DNA of 64,000 nt from Longimicrobiales bacterium (GTDB taxonomy: Bacteria > Gemmatimonadota > Gemmatimonadetes > Longimicrobiales > RSA9), in NCBI GenBank assembly GCA_035461245.1, contig DATHVP010000148.1:75-64074 (forward strand), given 5' to 3'. Position 1 is the stretch's first letter. Each line of letters begins with the position of its first letter. The notes beneath the pieces were generated by a model that did no database searches, had not been told where the DNA came from, and was given only the letters and a program-made list of their open reading frames with translations. Below, one piece after another: positions 24,585 to 34,517 of the stretch. The translations under genes and the position numbers were made by a program.

Positions 24585-26918
24585 TCAGTACGCGACGGCC
24601 AGGCCGCGGCAGTGGACAGGCAGGGACAGCAGCTCGAAGCCCTGGGATGGACGCCGGACCTCGACGCTGGCGACGTCCGCCGCCTGCTGCACGAGTTCCT
24701 CCAGGGTCTCCTCCACGGGCTCGTCCAGCTCCTGGTTGGGCCACGGCACGCCAAAGAAGCGCCGGGCGACCCAGCGCACCCCGGCGTCACCGCTCAGCAG
24801 CCGCGCGCGCTGTATGGCCACGCCCCGGGCACGTGCGGCGGCGCCCTCCACGACCAGGGACCGCCGCGCCTGCTCCAGGCGGGTGTCGTATGCGCCGCCG
24901 GGCGCCCGGCACATCCAGTCGTCGATGAAGCCGAAGGCGCCGGCGCGGGCACTGGTGATGGCCGTGAACACGGGATCCACGGCCCTGGCGTGTGACGCCG
25001 CCACCGACCCGCGCGGGTCCGTGCTCTGCGGCAGCTGGATCTCCAGGATGGTACGCAGCAGGTCGAAGGCGGTCATGTCCCGGCCGGTACCGTAGCTGCG
25101 CAGGAACCAGTCTCGCGTCTCGGGATACAGCGGCGCCACGTCGTCGAAGATGTTGATGATGGCATCGCCCGCCCGCCCGGTAATGTCCGGCGGCCGCACG
25201 GTGCCATAGCCGGTGAGCACGTCGTCCTGCACCGACGACAGGTACCCGTTCATCCGGCCCTGTGAGGCCAGTGACGCTGCCACGAACCAGTCCACGGCGC
25301 GGGCGAAATTCTCTGCCGGCCGCTGGGCGTGGGCATGCAGCAGGTCGCTGCCGAACGACTCCATGGCCGCTTCCTGGCCGAGGCTCAGCACCCGCGCGGC
25401 GAACCGGTCATTGGTGAGACGCACGGCACGGTCAGAGGCGTAGTCGCCGCGCACGCGATACCGCCGCAGCGCGACCTGCCAGTCCAGATCATGGGCGATC
25501 TCGTGGGCGATGGTGCCGGCGGAACTGCCCGGCGGCAGGACGAGTTCCCGCACTCGCGGGTCGTGCATGGCCAGCGTCGTCTCGCCGGAGCGGGCAGCGG
25601 CGAAGCGGACGCCCAGGCCGCGCAGGTCCAGTGCCGGCAGCACCCGCTGCATGTCCCTGACGGCGCCCTCGAGCATGAGCCGATAGTACGGCCGCCATTC
25701 AGGCGCCACGTCATCGGCGAAGCGGACGTACGCGAACCCGAAGCGCTCCTCCAGTTCCCGTGCCGTCGGCCCGCCGAAGCCGGGGAACCAGACACTCTCC
25801 TGTGCGTACGGCCGCAGCGTCACCGCCACACGTACGGCGGTGAGGGATGGCGCGGCGTCGAACGGCGAGCGCCGCTCGAGCTGACCGTACGCGGCGACGA
25901 AGCGCTCCTCGTCCCGCGCCTGGACCACCGCCGCCCGTCGGGCGCGCTCCTCCTCGTCGAGCCACGCCGCCTGCTCCATCTCCTGGCGATACGTCCGGGC
26001 GCCAATGGAGACCGGCGCCTGCGGCGGCATGTTCAGCGAATCCGACAGCTGACCCAGCCGCACGGCAACGCCGGGGGTGAGGAGGGATGGCCGCACGTCT
26101 GGGACGGTAGGGCGCGACGCCGTCGTGATGTCTGCCAGACGGGGCGTAAGCAGGCGCAGCGCCTGCGCCAGGCGCGGCGCAAGTTCGAGGGCCTCGCGTT
26201 CCACCTCCGGTGGCAGCGCCGTCATGGGCGGCTGCTCCACCCGGAACCAGCGTTCCGAGCGCCACCGGGCGATGGCACGCAGCGGGTCGCCCTGCGCCAC
26301 TTCCGCAGAGCGGAGCAGCCTGGCGGCGTCCGCGCGGGCCAGTTCCCGGTCCCGCACCAGCGCCGCCACACGGCTGGCAAAGCGCGGCGCTGCTGATGGC
26401 AGGCTGCCCTCCATGGCCGCGAGCTGGTAGGCGAGGCGCACGGCGAGTTCGCCGCCCCGCGGGTCGCGGGACTCACTGATGGCGTTCTCGATGATGCGCA
26501 GGTGGTGCGCCCCCAGGCCCGGCCAGCTGGTGATGTGACCCAGGCCAGCCCGGTCCAGCGTCACCGCGTCCACTTCATAAGTGTCGCCGGTGTAGGTGCG
26601 GGACAGCAGCGCCCACGCCAGCTCGTGGCGCGTCTCGTCCGAGAGCCGCGGATCCCGCAGCACCATGTCCACCAGTCGGAACGGACTGCCCAGACCCAGC
26701 CGCAGGCGCTCAGCATAGCCCAGCGCGATGACCGCCTCGTCCTCCGGCACGATGCCGCTCCGGCTCGCCGCGATCCACCCGTTCAGCGTGCTCCGACCCG
26801 CCTCCAGCTCCTGCCGCACGTCCGGCGGCAGACCGGCGTGCTCCAGCCGGCCGCACCCGGAAAGTGCGGTGGCGCTCGCCAGCACCAGTGTCAGCAGGTG
26901 GCGTCGGAGGTTCGGCAT
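24585..26918 (-). CDS. Hypothetical large lipoprotein with a single HExxH motif
   Basis: Signal plus lipobox (LVLASATALSGC). 777 aa with only one recognisable motif, AHEIAHDL. No family was recognised. Confidence 0.7.
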   Translation of the reverse strand: MPNLRRHLLTLVLASATALSGCGRLEHAGLPPDVRQELEAGRSTLNGWIAASRSGIVPEDEAVIALGYAERLRLGLGSPFRLVDMVLRDPRLSDETRHELAWALLSRTYTGDTYEVDAVTLDRAGLGHITSWPGLGAHHLRIIENAISESRDPRGGELAVRLAYQLAAMEGSLPSAAPRFASRVAALVRDRELARADAARLLRSAEVAQGDPLRAIARWRSERWFRVEQPPMTALPPEVEREALELAPRLAQALRLLTPRLADITTASRPTVPDVRPSLLTPGVAVRLGQLSDSLNMPPQAPVSIGARTYRQEMEQAAWLDEEERARRAAVVQARDEERFVAAYGQLERRSPFDAAPSLTAVRVAVTLRPYAQESVWFPGFGGPTARELEERFGFAYVRFADDVAPEWRPYYRLMLEGAVRDMQRVLPALDLRGLGVRFAAARSGETTLAMHDPRVRELVLPPGSSAGTIAHEIAHDLDWQVALRRYRVRGDYASDRAVRLTNDRFAARVLSLGQEAAMESFGSDLLHAHAQRPAENFARAVDWFVAASLASQGRMNGYLSSVQDDVLTGYGTVRPPDITGRAGDAIINIFDDVAPLYPETRDWFLRSYGTGRDMTAFDLLRTILEIQLPQSTDPRGSVAASHARAVDPVFTAITSARAGAFGFIDDWMCRAPGGAYDTRLEQARRSLVVEGAAARARGVAIQRARLLSGDAGVRWVARRFFGVPWPNQELDEPVEETLEELVQQAADVASVEVRRPSQGFELLSLPVHCRGLAVAY

Positions 26919-26932
26919 CGAACTCCCTTAGC

Positions 26933-27370
26933 TCAGGGTGGATCCTTCAGCGTTGCCGCTTCTTCGATGGCCCGGACCAGGCGGGGCCAGACAGGCCTTG
27001 CCATACGGTCATCTGCAGTCTGCCTGGCTGCCGACGCCGCGTGGGCCGCCAGGAAGTTCGCCCGCAGGTCCGGCCGGCCCGCCAGGAACCGCCACGCCGG
27101 CTGGCCGGCCTTCAGCCGGTTGCATGCGTCACAGCATGCGACGAGGTTGCCCTCGGACTGGTCACCGCCTCGCATCCGCGGCTCCACATGGTCCAGCGTG
27201 AGTTCCGCCGGCGGGGACGGCATCCCGCAGTATACACAACAGAACCCGTCCCGAAGGAACACCCTGTCCCGGCGACCGGGCGCTGCGTGCCGTGCCACAT
27301 CCGTGATACACGCGAGCAGGCCCTGGGTTCGATGGCTTCTGGAATGTAACGCGCACCCCCATATTCCCAT
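26933..27370 (-). CDS. HNH endonuclease
   Basis: Start at the ATG at 27370. HNH core CVYCG...LDHVEPRMRGG...NLVACCDACN. It lies 15 nt upstream of the large lipoprotein gene. Confidence 0.7.
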   Translation of the reverse strand: MGIWGCALHSRSHRTQGLLACITDVARHAAPGRRDRVFLRDGFCCVYCGMPSPPAELTLDHVEPRMRGGDQSEGNLVACCDACNRLKAGQPAWRFLAGRPDLRANFLAAHAASAARQTADDRMARPVWPRLVRAIEEAATLKDPP

Positions 27371-27373
27371 GTC

Positions 27374-27985
27374 ATGCGCGACGAATTGAACGCCGATCCG
27401 CGACTGAACATGCTGCGCCGGTCCTTCGAGGGCCGGCCCGCCAGTGGCCTGCCGCGCACCGCAGGCCTGCGCGAGGCTGCCGTCGCCCTGCTGGTGCGTC
27501 CGCGGTCCAGCCTCGAACTGCTCCTCATCCGCCGGGCAGACCTGCCGGGGGATCCGTGGTCCGGCCACGTTGCCCTGCCGGGTGGGCGCCGGGAACGCCA
27601 CGACGCCGACCTGCTGGGAACCGCGCGCCGGGAGACGGAGGAAGAGGTGGGCGTGCCCCTGGCACGTGTCGGCAGCTTCGTCGGCGCGCTGGATGAGCTG
27701 AGCCCTGGCTCCGTCCTGCTGCCGCCCATCGTCGTCGCGCCCTTCGTGCTGGCCGTGCCGCCGGACACCACGGCGGTGCCCGCCCCCGGCGAAGTCCAGG
27801 CTGCCATCTGGGTGCCCCTGGATGCGCTGGCCAGTTCCACCGCGTTGTCCGAGGTGCCCGTTGAACTGCCGTGGGGGAAACGCAACTTCCCGTGCCTGGT
27901 ATACGAGGACTACATCATCTGGGGACTCACGTACCGGATACTGCAGCAGTTCCTGTCCGTCGCGGGCATGGACGGACTGGCATAG
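27374..27985 (+). CDS. NUDIX hydrolase, CoA pyrophosphatase-like
   Basis: Nudix box GGRRERHDADLLGTARRETEEEVGV with an upstream LLLIRRA motif typical of NudL-type enzymes. Confidence 0.8.
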   Translation: MRDELNADPRLNMLRRSFEGRPASGLPRTAGLREAAVALLVRPRSSLELLLIRRADLPGDPWSGHVALPGGRRERHDADLLGTARRETEEEVGVPLARVGSFVGALDELSPGSVLLPPIVVAPFVLAVPPDTTAVPAPGEVQAAIWVPLDALASSTALSEVPVELPWGKRNFPCLVYEDYIIWGLTYRILQQFLSVAGMDGLA

Positions 27986-28042
27986 GCGGGAGCAGGATGG
28001 TGGACGGCATGGCCCGCAGGCCGGCCATCCACCATCCGCGGA

Positions 28043-28717
28043 TTATGCCAGCTCGTCCCGGCCGCTGATGATGCGACCGACCAGGCCGTACTCCACTGCT
28101 TTCTCCGCTGACAGCCAGAAGTTGCGGCGAGTGTCGTCTTCGATGCGCTCCAGCGCCTGGCCCGTCGCTTCGGCGAATACGCGGTTCAGCCGTTCCCGCA
28201 TGCTGAGGATCTCACGCGCCTCGATCTCGATGTCGGCGGCGCTGCCCCGCATGCCACCGGCCGGCTGGTGCAGCAGGTACCGGGTGTGCGGCAGGGAGAA
28301 CCGCCGCTCCTTCGGGACGGACACATAGATCAGCGCCCCGGCGCTGGCGACCCAGCCGGTGCCGACCATGCGGACAGGCGAGCGGACGTACCGCACGATG
28401 TCGTGGATCGTGTCGCCGGACTCCACGTGGCCGCCCTGCGAGTTGATGTAGATGGTGATGGGCTCGTCCGACTGGGAGTCCATGGCCAGCAGCTGCCCGA
28501 TGACATTGGCCGCCAGCTTCTGGTTGATCTCACCACTGATGATCAGGGTCCGCGCCTTGAACAGCAGGTTGCGCGTGTCCTCGGTGATCGCCGTGGGCGT
28601 CGTCCGCGGCGAGTCGTCCTTCTCAGGCTCCTCTTCCTCTTCATCCGGGTGCGGCGGGTCCTCCATGGGGTCCGGCCGGTTGCGCCAGTCGTGTTCGCGG
28701 TCTCGCGTCATGTCCAT
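28043..28717 (-). CDS. clpP: ATP-dependent Clp protease proteolytic subunit (ClpP-like) with acidic N-terminal extension
   Basis: Start at the ATG at 28717 (MDMTRD). ClpP core (IYINSQGG, active-site Ser region GWVASAGALI, LLHQPAGG). About 45 extra N-terminal residues are rich in Asp/Glu/Pro. Confidence 0.8.
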   Translation of the reverse strand: MDMTRDREHDWRNRPDPMEDPPHPDEEEEEPEKDDSPRTTPTAITEDTRNLLFKARTLIISGEINQKLAANVIGQLLAMDSQSDEPITIYINSQGGHVESGDTIHDIVRYVRSPVRMVGTGWVASAGALIYVSVPKERRFSLPHTRYLLHQPAGGMRGSAADIEIEAREILSMRERLNRVFAEATGQALERIEDDTRRNFWLSAEKAVEYGLVGRIISGRDELA

Positions 28718-28734
28718 GTCTCGGTAAGAGTTCC

Positions 28735-29862
28735 TCAATCGGTCAGCGTGCGCGCGGCCAGACCTGGCTGCCGCACGCCCGCACTCACGCCCTCGTACTC
28801 CGCCAGATGCCCCGCCGGCGTCTTCCCCGCCCGGCCGTCCAGCGCTGCCTCCGCCGCGGCGTCCACATCCGCCGCTATCTCCGCCTCCACCGCTTCCAGG
28901 CGCTTGCGGTCCACGCCTCGTGCGACGAGATACTCCTCGTACATCCCGATGGGATCCAGCCGACCCCACTCCTCGAACAGCCCGGCGTCAAACGTGGCCC
29001 GGGCTTCCGCCTCGTCGTGGGTGGCGTGGCCGCCCATCCGGAACGTGTCCACAACCAGCAGCGTGGGCCCGCCCCCGTCGCGGGCGTGGTCCGCCGCCTG
29101 CCGCGCCGCCGCATGGACATCCAGTACGTTGTTGCCGTCGGCAACGGCGCCCCGCAGGCCATACATCGCGGGCCAGTCGCGGAAATCGCCCTGCTGGTGT
29201 TGCGCCAGCTTCGTGCCCAGTGCCACCTGATTGTTCTGCAGCACGAAAATGGCCGGCACCCTCAGTACGCCTGCCAGGTTCAGGCCCTCGTGGACCGCGG
29301 CGGTCTTGGTGGCGCCGTCGCCGATCCACGTCAGCGCCACGCGGTCCTCGCCTCTCTGCCGGAAACTCAGAGCGACGCCGGTAATGACCGGCACCATGTC
29401 GCCCACGTGGGAGATGGGCTGCAGCACGCCCGCGGAAAGTTCACCGAAATGGCCATCCCGTCCCCCGTTCGGACCATCCACCGTGCCGAGGTAGCCGGCG
29501 AAGATCCGTTCCAGCGGCATGCCCATCTCGTGCAATGCACCGGCGTTGCGGATCATGGGCGCCACGATGTCCCCATCGCGCCGCAGGGCGTGCACACAGC
29601 CGATGGTCACCGCCTCCTCGCCCGTGCCCAGCCACGCCTTGGAGATCACGCCGCGCCGGACCCAGCGCTTCAGCGCAATGTCATGCAGCCGGAAGCGGAC
29701 CAGACCGGCGTACAGGTCCAGCAGGGTCGCATCGTCCAGGTCGTCCACGATGCGCGCCCGCTCCGCATCCTCCGCCAGACGGCTGCGGTACCGCTCCAGC
29801 AGCGCCTGGTCGGGCTGCCAGTTCGCGTATTCGGGTGGATCGTATGCCGGGTAGCGTCGCAT
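28735..29862 (-). CDS. Thiamine-pyrophosphate-dependent 2-oxoacid dehydrogenase E1 component, alpha subunit
   Basis: E1-alpha pattern (GTGEEAV, TPP-binding GDGATKTAAVHEGLNLA, FVLQNNQVA, HATHDE). No beta subunit gene is adjacent. Confidence 0.85.
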   Translation of the reverse strand: MRRYPAYDPPEYANWQPDQALLERYRSRLAEDAERARIVDDLDDATLLDLYAGLVRFRLHDIALKRWVRRGVISKAWLGTGEEAVTIGCVHALRRDGDIVAPMIRNAGALHEMGMPLERIFAGYLGTVDGPNGGRDGHFGELSAGVLQPISHVGDMVPVITGVALSFRQRGEDRVALTWIGDGATKTAAVHEGLNLAGVLRVPAIFVLQNNQVALGTKLAQHQQGDFRDWPAMYGLRGAVADGNNVLDVHAAARQAADHARDGGGPTLLVVDTFRMGGHATHDEAEARATFDAGLFEEWGRLDPIGMYEEYLVARGVDRKRLEAVEAEIAADVDAAAEAALDGRAGKTPAGHLAEYEGVSAGVRQPGLAARTLTD

Positions 29863-30004
29863 GCCTGCAACGTATGCCGTCTCGTCGCCGCGGAAAAGGA
29901 GCCGTCACCGTTCCGTCCACAGCCGCCCGCGAGCCGACGAGCCGGTGGTACCAGCACCAGCCGCCGGGTCAGGTCGGCGGCCGGGCCGCAGCAGCGGCGG
30001 CGCG

Positions 30005-30463
30005 TCAGGCGGCGGCGACGGGACCGGACTCGGTCTCCTGGATGCCGCGGCCAACCCGCGCGGCGGTGACGTCCAGCTCCGCCCGGGACGGTATGGGCGC
30101 GTCGGGCATCGGCAACTGCAGCGCGAATGGCTCGCCCTCCCGCACCGGGATCAGGTGCAGATGGAAGTGGGGCACGTCCTGGCCCCCGGCCTTGCCATTG
30201 GCGCTGAAGATGTTGATGGCGTGCGCGCCCATGGCGCGCTGGATGCCCGGTGCAATGCGGCGGGCCACGGCAAGGCAGTGGGCCGCAAGGTCCTCGGGCA
30301 TGTCGAAAATGGTCTCGTAATGGTCCTTGGTGGCGATGAGCGTGTGCCCCCGGCTCATTGGCTGGATGTCCAGGAAGGCGATGGTCAGTTCATCCTCATG
30401 GACGAGACTGACCATCTCCTCACCACCGATGATACGACAGAAAACGCAATGCGGCTCCACCAT
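30005..30463 (-). CDS. HIT family (histidine triad) protein
   Basis: N-terminal CVFCRII and the histidine triad HFHLHLIP. Confidence 0.9.
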   Translation of the reverse strand: MVEPHCVFCRIIGGEEMVSLVHEDELTIAFLDIQPMSRGHTLIATKDHYETIFDMPEDLAAHCLAVARRIAPGIQRAMGAHAINIFSANGKAGGQDVPHFHLHLIPVREGEPFALQLPMPDAPIPSRAELDVTAARVGRGIQETESGPVAAA

Positions 30464-30670
30464 GTTGCCTCACTTGCAGGATCGTCCCCTTCTTCTGCAC
30501 CGATCCAATGCAGGATACGGGCCGAGGTCGGGTGGCTCATCGGGCCGCCGCGTGCGGACGGACGCGCGCGCCCACCCCTAGCCAGCGGCCCGCCGGGGCG
30601 TAAGATTGGTGCCACCGCAGGACGGGCCAGAGCCCGCCGGCAGTATCCGCAACCCACTGGAAGGACAACG

Positions 30671-31318
30671 ATGTCGCAGCAGGGGGCGAACGCCGGGGCA
30701 CGCGTAGACGGCACAGTAGCCGCAGCGTTCCCGCTGGCGCTCCTCGAATCGGTCCGTTCTCATGACCGCCCGGGCGAAATCCTCGAGGACGAGGATCTGA
30801 GTGTAAGCCTGCCCCGGCGGCTGGGCCTCACCGGTGTCGTCGAGACGCAGATCCACCGCTACAGCACGGCAAACCGGAACGGCAGCCGTGTACCGCTGGG
30901 CGAGGCGCTGGGCCTGTTCCGCCTGGTCATGCGCCGGCCGGATGCCGAGGCGATCCTGCGGGAAACCGGGCAGCGGCTTGCCCGCTGGCGGTTCCGCCAC
31001 ACGCCCGACCTGTGGCGGGCCATCCTGCATCGCGGTCCCGCCGCCCTCGCCATGCGTTCCGCCCGCCGCGCGTCGGCCAGCGCGCTGAAATCGCTGCACG
31101 CCGGGTCCGCCATCACGGCCACGAAGCCCTTTGCCGTGGCCGTCGCGGACTGCGTCACCGCGCGCCTGGAGGAGTCGGGGCCGTCATGCACGATGTTTAC
31201 GGGGATGATGGAGGAACTGCTGCTGCTCCACACCGGCAGGGAGCACCGCCTCGTCCACAGCCGATGCATCGGCCACGGCTCCAGCGTCTGCGAATGGGAA
31301 CTGGCGCCGGAAGGCTGA
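30671..31318 (+). CDS. Hypothetical protein
   Basis: The ATG at 30671 gives 215 aa. The upstream 270 codons of the track ORF are antisense to the HIT and E1-alpha genes. No confident family was recognised. Confidence 0.45.
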   Translation: MSQQGANAGARVDGTVAAAFPLALLESVRSHDRPGEILEDEDLSVSLPRRLGLTGVVETQIHRYSTANRNGSRVPLGEALGLFRLVMRRPDAEAILRETGQRLARWRFRHTPDLWRAILHRGPAALAMRSARRASASALKSLHAGSAITATKPFAVAVADCVTARLEESGPSCTMFTGMMEELLLLHTGREHRLVHSRCIGHGSSVCEWELAPEG

Positions 31319-31322
31319 CCCG

Positions 31323-32465
31323 TCAGTCCTGGTCGTCCTCGGCAATGCCGGCGGCGCGTAGCAGCTTTGCCCTGATCTGCTGATCGAAGGCCTCCCACTT
31401 GAGCCGCATCTGCTCACCGTCCGCCGTACCTTCAAGGAAACCGACGGGGATCTCGAAGCCGCCCGCCCTGCTCCGCCCGCCGCCGTAGTAGCGGCCGCGG
31501 GCGTCGGAGCCCAGTGCGTTCTTGAGGAACTGATCCACATCCACCGTGACCTTGCTGGTCCGCATGCTGCCCACCACCACCTCGCGGTCGCCTTCTCCGA
31601 GGAGCAGGCCGTAGACCAGTGCCGTGTGGACGTTCTCTTCCGTCAGCAGGAAATCCGTCGCCTGCGGGATGGCGTCCCGGTCCGCGTGCCTGAGGTAGCC
31701 GACGCCCGCAATGGAGTATCCTTCCACCACGACCCGGTCCGTCAGCGCGATGCGGATCACTTCCATGGTGCCCCGCGAGCGCTGTACCTGCAGGATGGAC
31801 TCGAGGAGCTGGTGGTCCACGTAGCGGGACAGGTATGCGCCAGCAGCGAACTCGTCCGGCCCCGCCCGGATCAGCCCCGCCGTCTCGCTGCGCAGTGCGT
31901 GGGCCAGCGCCGTGGCGACGCGCCTGTGGTCGTCGGATCCCTCGTCCAGACTTACCACGAGGCCGCTGCGCAGATAGTCGGCAAAGATGGTGGCGGCGGC
32001 GCCAGTCGGCCGGATATCCGTGAACTCGGCATCGAGGACGCCCTGGGGCGCGTGATGGTCCATGATGGCCAGGCTCCTCACGCCGGCATCCTCGAACCGG
32101 TCGGTCAGACGTGTCGTCGTGCCCTGGTTGTCAATGAATACGGCGCCATCGTACTGGTCGAGGGGAAATGAATCGGTCACGCGTGTCAGTTCGATGTCCG
32201 CCAGGTGCACGAGGGCCAGGTTCTCCTGGTGGCTGACCCGGCCCTCGTACAGGATGTCCACGTCAATGTCCCGTTCGGCGGCCAGCAGCCGGTATGCCAG
32301 CGCACTGGCGATTGCGTCCGGGTCCGGATAGTCCTGCAGCGCGACGGCGTGCCGCTCGCCCGCATGGCGCTTGAGGAAGGCGGCGAACTCTCCGGACCTG
32401 GCGTCATCGCCGAAGTGGGCGGGGGTGACGGCTACCGGCAGGGGCAGCGCGTCGCCGGCGGCCAC
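31323..32465 (-). CDS. DHH family phosphoesterase
   Basis: DHH motifs (QDYPDPDAIASA, FIDNQG, IMDHHAP). A candidate GTG at 32465 sits immediately after the ftsH stop. The start is uncertain. Confidence 0.7.
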   Translation of the reverse strand: MAAGDALPLPVAVTPAHFGDDARSGEFAAFLKRHAGERHAVALQDYPDPDAIASALAYRLLAAERDIDVDILYEGRVSHQENLALVHLADIELTRVTDSFPLDQYDGAVFIDNQGTTTRLTDRFEDAGVRSLAIMDHHAPQGVLDAEFTDIRPTGAAATIFADYLRSGLVVSLDEGSDDHRRVATALAHALRSETAGLIRAGPDEFAAGAYLSRYVDHQLLESILQVQRSRGTMEVIRIALTDRVVVEGYSIAGVGYLRHADRDAIPQATDFLLTEENVHTALVYGLLLGEGDREVVVGSMRTSKVTVDVDQFLKNALGSDARGRYYGGGRSRAGGFEIPVGFLEGTADGEQMRLKWEAFDQQIRAKLLRAAGIAEDDQD

Positions 32466-32466
32466 C

Positions 32467-34434
32467 TCAGTCTCCTGACGGTGCGGGGACGTGCCCGACC
32501 TCCGGACGCGCACCCCGGCCGTTGCCGCTGGCCGTGCCCATAAGCTCCCTGAGTTCCGCGCGGTCCACGACTTCCTTGTCCAGCAGCAGCCTGGCCAGAC
32601 GCTCCAGCAGGTCGCGGTCCCGCTGCAGGATGTCCAGGGCGCGAGCGTAGCCCTCGTCCAGTACGGCGTGCAGCTCGCTGTCAATCAGGCGGGCCGTCTC
32701 CTCGCTGTAGTCCAGGCGCCCATCGTCGCCCACGTTCAGGAACTGGCTCTGGCGACGGATGAAGTTCACCGGCCCCAGCTTCGGCGACATCCCCAGCTCC
32801 GCAACCATCCGCCGCGCCATGTCAGTGGCGCGCTCCAGGTCGTTGCCGGCGCCCGTGGACATCTCGCCGTACACGATCTCCTCCGCGGCGCGGCCGCCCA
32901 TGAGCACTGCGATGCGATCCTTGAGTTCCTGCCGCTGGATGAGGTAACGCTCGTCTGTCGGCAGCTGCTGCGTGTAGCCCAGTGCCGCGACGCCGCGGGG
33001 GATGATGGAAATCTTGTGCACCGGGTCCGCAAACTCAGCCCGCTCCGCCACGATGGCGTGCCCCGCCTCGTGGTACGCGACGATTTCCCGTTCCCGGTCG
33101 TGCACCAGCCGGTTCTTCTTCTCGAGGCCGGCAATGATCCGATCGATGGCGTGCTCGATGTCGATCATGTTGACCTCGTCCTTGTCGTCCCGGGCCGCCA
33201 GCAGAGCCGCCTCGTTCAACACGTTGGCCAGGTCTGCGCCCACGAAGCCAGGTGTCCGGCGCGCTACCGTCAGCAGGTCCACGTCCTCGCCCAGCGCGAT
33301 CCTGGCCGAGTGTACCGCCAGGATCGCCAGCCGGCCGGACATGTCGGGACGGTCCACCAGCACCTGCCGGTCGAACCGGCCCGGCCGCAGCAGCGCCTGG
33401 TCCAGGATCTCCGGCCGGTTCGTGGCGCCCATGATGATGACGCCCGTGCGCGTATCGAAACCGTCCATCTCCACCAGCAGCTGGTTCAGCGTCTGCTCGC
33501 GCTCGTCGTGACCTCCCATGGGTCCGCCACCGCCGCGCTGCTTGCCCAGGGCGTCCAGCTCGTCGATGAACACGATGCACGGCGCCTGCCGTTTCGCCTG
33601 CTCGAACAGGTCACGGACGCGGGCCGCCCCGACACCCACGAACATCTCCACGAACTCGGAGCCGCTGATGGAGAAGAATGTCACGTCCGCCTCGCCGGCC
33701 ACGGCCCGCGCCAGCAGCGTCTTGCCCGTGCCCGGCGGGCCCACCAGGAGCACGCCCTTGGGGATCCGGGCACCGAGGCGGGCGAACTTGTCCGGCGTCT
33801 TGAGGAACTCTACGACCTCCACGAGTTCCTGCTTCGCCTCGTCGGCCCCCGCGACGTCGTCGAACGTGACGCCGGTGCCCTCCTCGCCCATGATGCGGGC
33901 CCGGTTCTTACCCACGGTCATGACACCCTGCTGTGGGTTCATGCGCCGCAGCATCCAGATCCAGAAGATGATGAGCACCGAAATAGGCAGCAGCCACGCG
34001 AGCATGGGCCCGAACCAGCTTGCCCGGGCACCCTCGTACTCCACGCCGGACTGCTGCAGCAGCGGCACCAGCGTCTCGTCATCTGGTACGCGGGTGCTCG
34101 TCCATTCCTCCGGTGCGCCGGCGGCACGGGCGCTGTCCGTGGGTGTGGCCCGGATCTGCTCCGGCCCCACGGTGACACTGGCGACCTGCCCCGCCTGGAT
34201 GCGCTGCTTCAGTTCGCTGTAGGGTATGCCGGTCCGCGTCGTCTGGCCGAGCATGTAGTTCAGCCCGATGACGAAGGCCAGGATGACGAGGAAGTACACC
34301 AGCGAGAACCGGGCGCGAGGTCCGCCCATGTACGACGAGTTGCGTCGCCGGTCACGCTGGCGCCGGTCCGTCTTGCGGCGGTCTGCCGCAGGGTCGCGGC
34401 GCTCAGCCGCCGGGTCGCGCCTGTGTTCGGTCAT
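32467..34434 (-). CDS. ftsH: ATP-dependent zinc metalloprotease FtsH
   Basis: Walker A GPPGTGKT, Walker [30 protein letters not shown] and Zn site HEAGHA. The start is ATG at 34434 or GTG at 34467. Confidence 0.95.
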   Translation of the reverse strand: MTEHRRDPAAERRDPAADRRKTDRRQRDRRRNSSYMGGPRARFSLVYFLVILAFVIGLNYMLGQTTRTGIPYSELKQRIQAGQVASVTVGPEQIRATPTDSARAAGAPEEWTSTRVPDDETLVPLLQQSGVEYEGARASWFGPMLAWLLPISVLIIFWIWMLRRMNPQQGVMTVGKNRARIMGEEGTGVTFDDVAGADEAKQELVEVVEFLKTPDKFARLGARIPKGVLLVGPPGTGKTLLARAVAGEADVTFFSISGSEFVEMFVGVGAARVRDLFEQAKRQAPCIVFIDELDALGKQRGGGGPMGGHDEREQTLNQLLVEMDGFDTRTGVIIMGATNRPEILDQALLRPGRFDRQVLVDRPDMSGRLAILAVHSARIALGEDVDLLTVARRTPGFVGADLANVLNEAALLAARDDKDEVNMIDIEHAIDRIIAGLEKKNRLVHDREREIVAYHEAGHAIVAERAEFADPVHKISIIPRGVAALGYTQQLPTDERYLIQRQELKDRIAVLMGGRAAEEIVYGEMSTGAGNDLERATDMARRMVAELGMSPKLGPVNFIRRQSQFLNVGDDGRLDYSEETARLIDSELHAVLDEGYARALDILQRDRDLLERLARLLLDKEVVDRAELRELMGTASGNGRGARPEVGHVPAPSGD

Positions 34435-34517
34435 GCCGTCACGAGGGGCAAGGACCGTACCCGGCACGGATGGACACTACTGGCCGCGCAGCCCGGGGTG
34501 CCCGTAGAATCATTACC

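Noticed and set aside
27320-27345. GGGTTCGATGG resembling a tRNA T-arm
   Set aside because: It lies inside the HNH gene, and no acceptor, D or anticodon stems can be drawn around it. No tRNA genes were found in the window.
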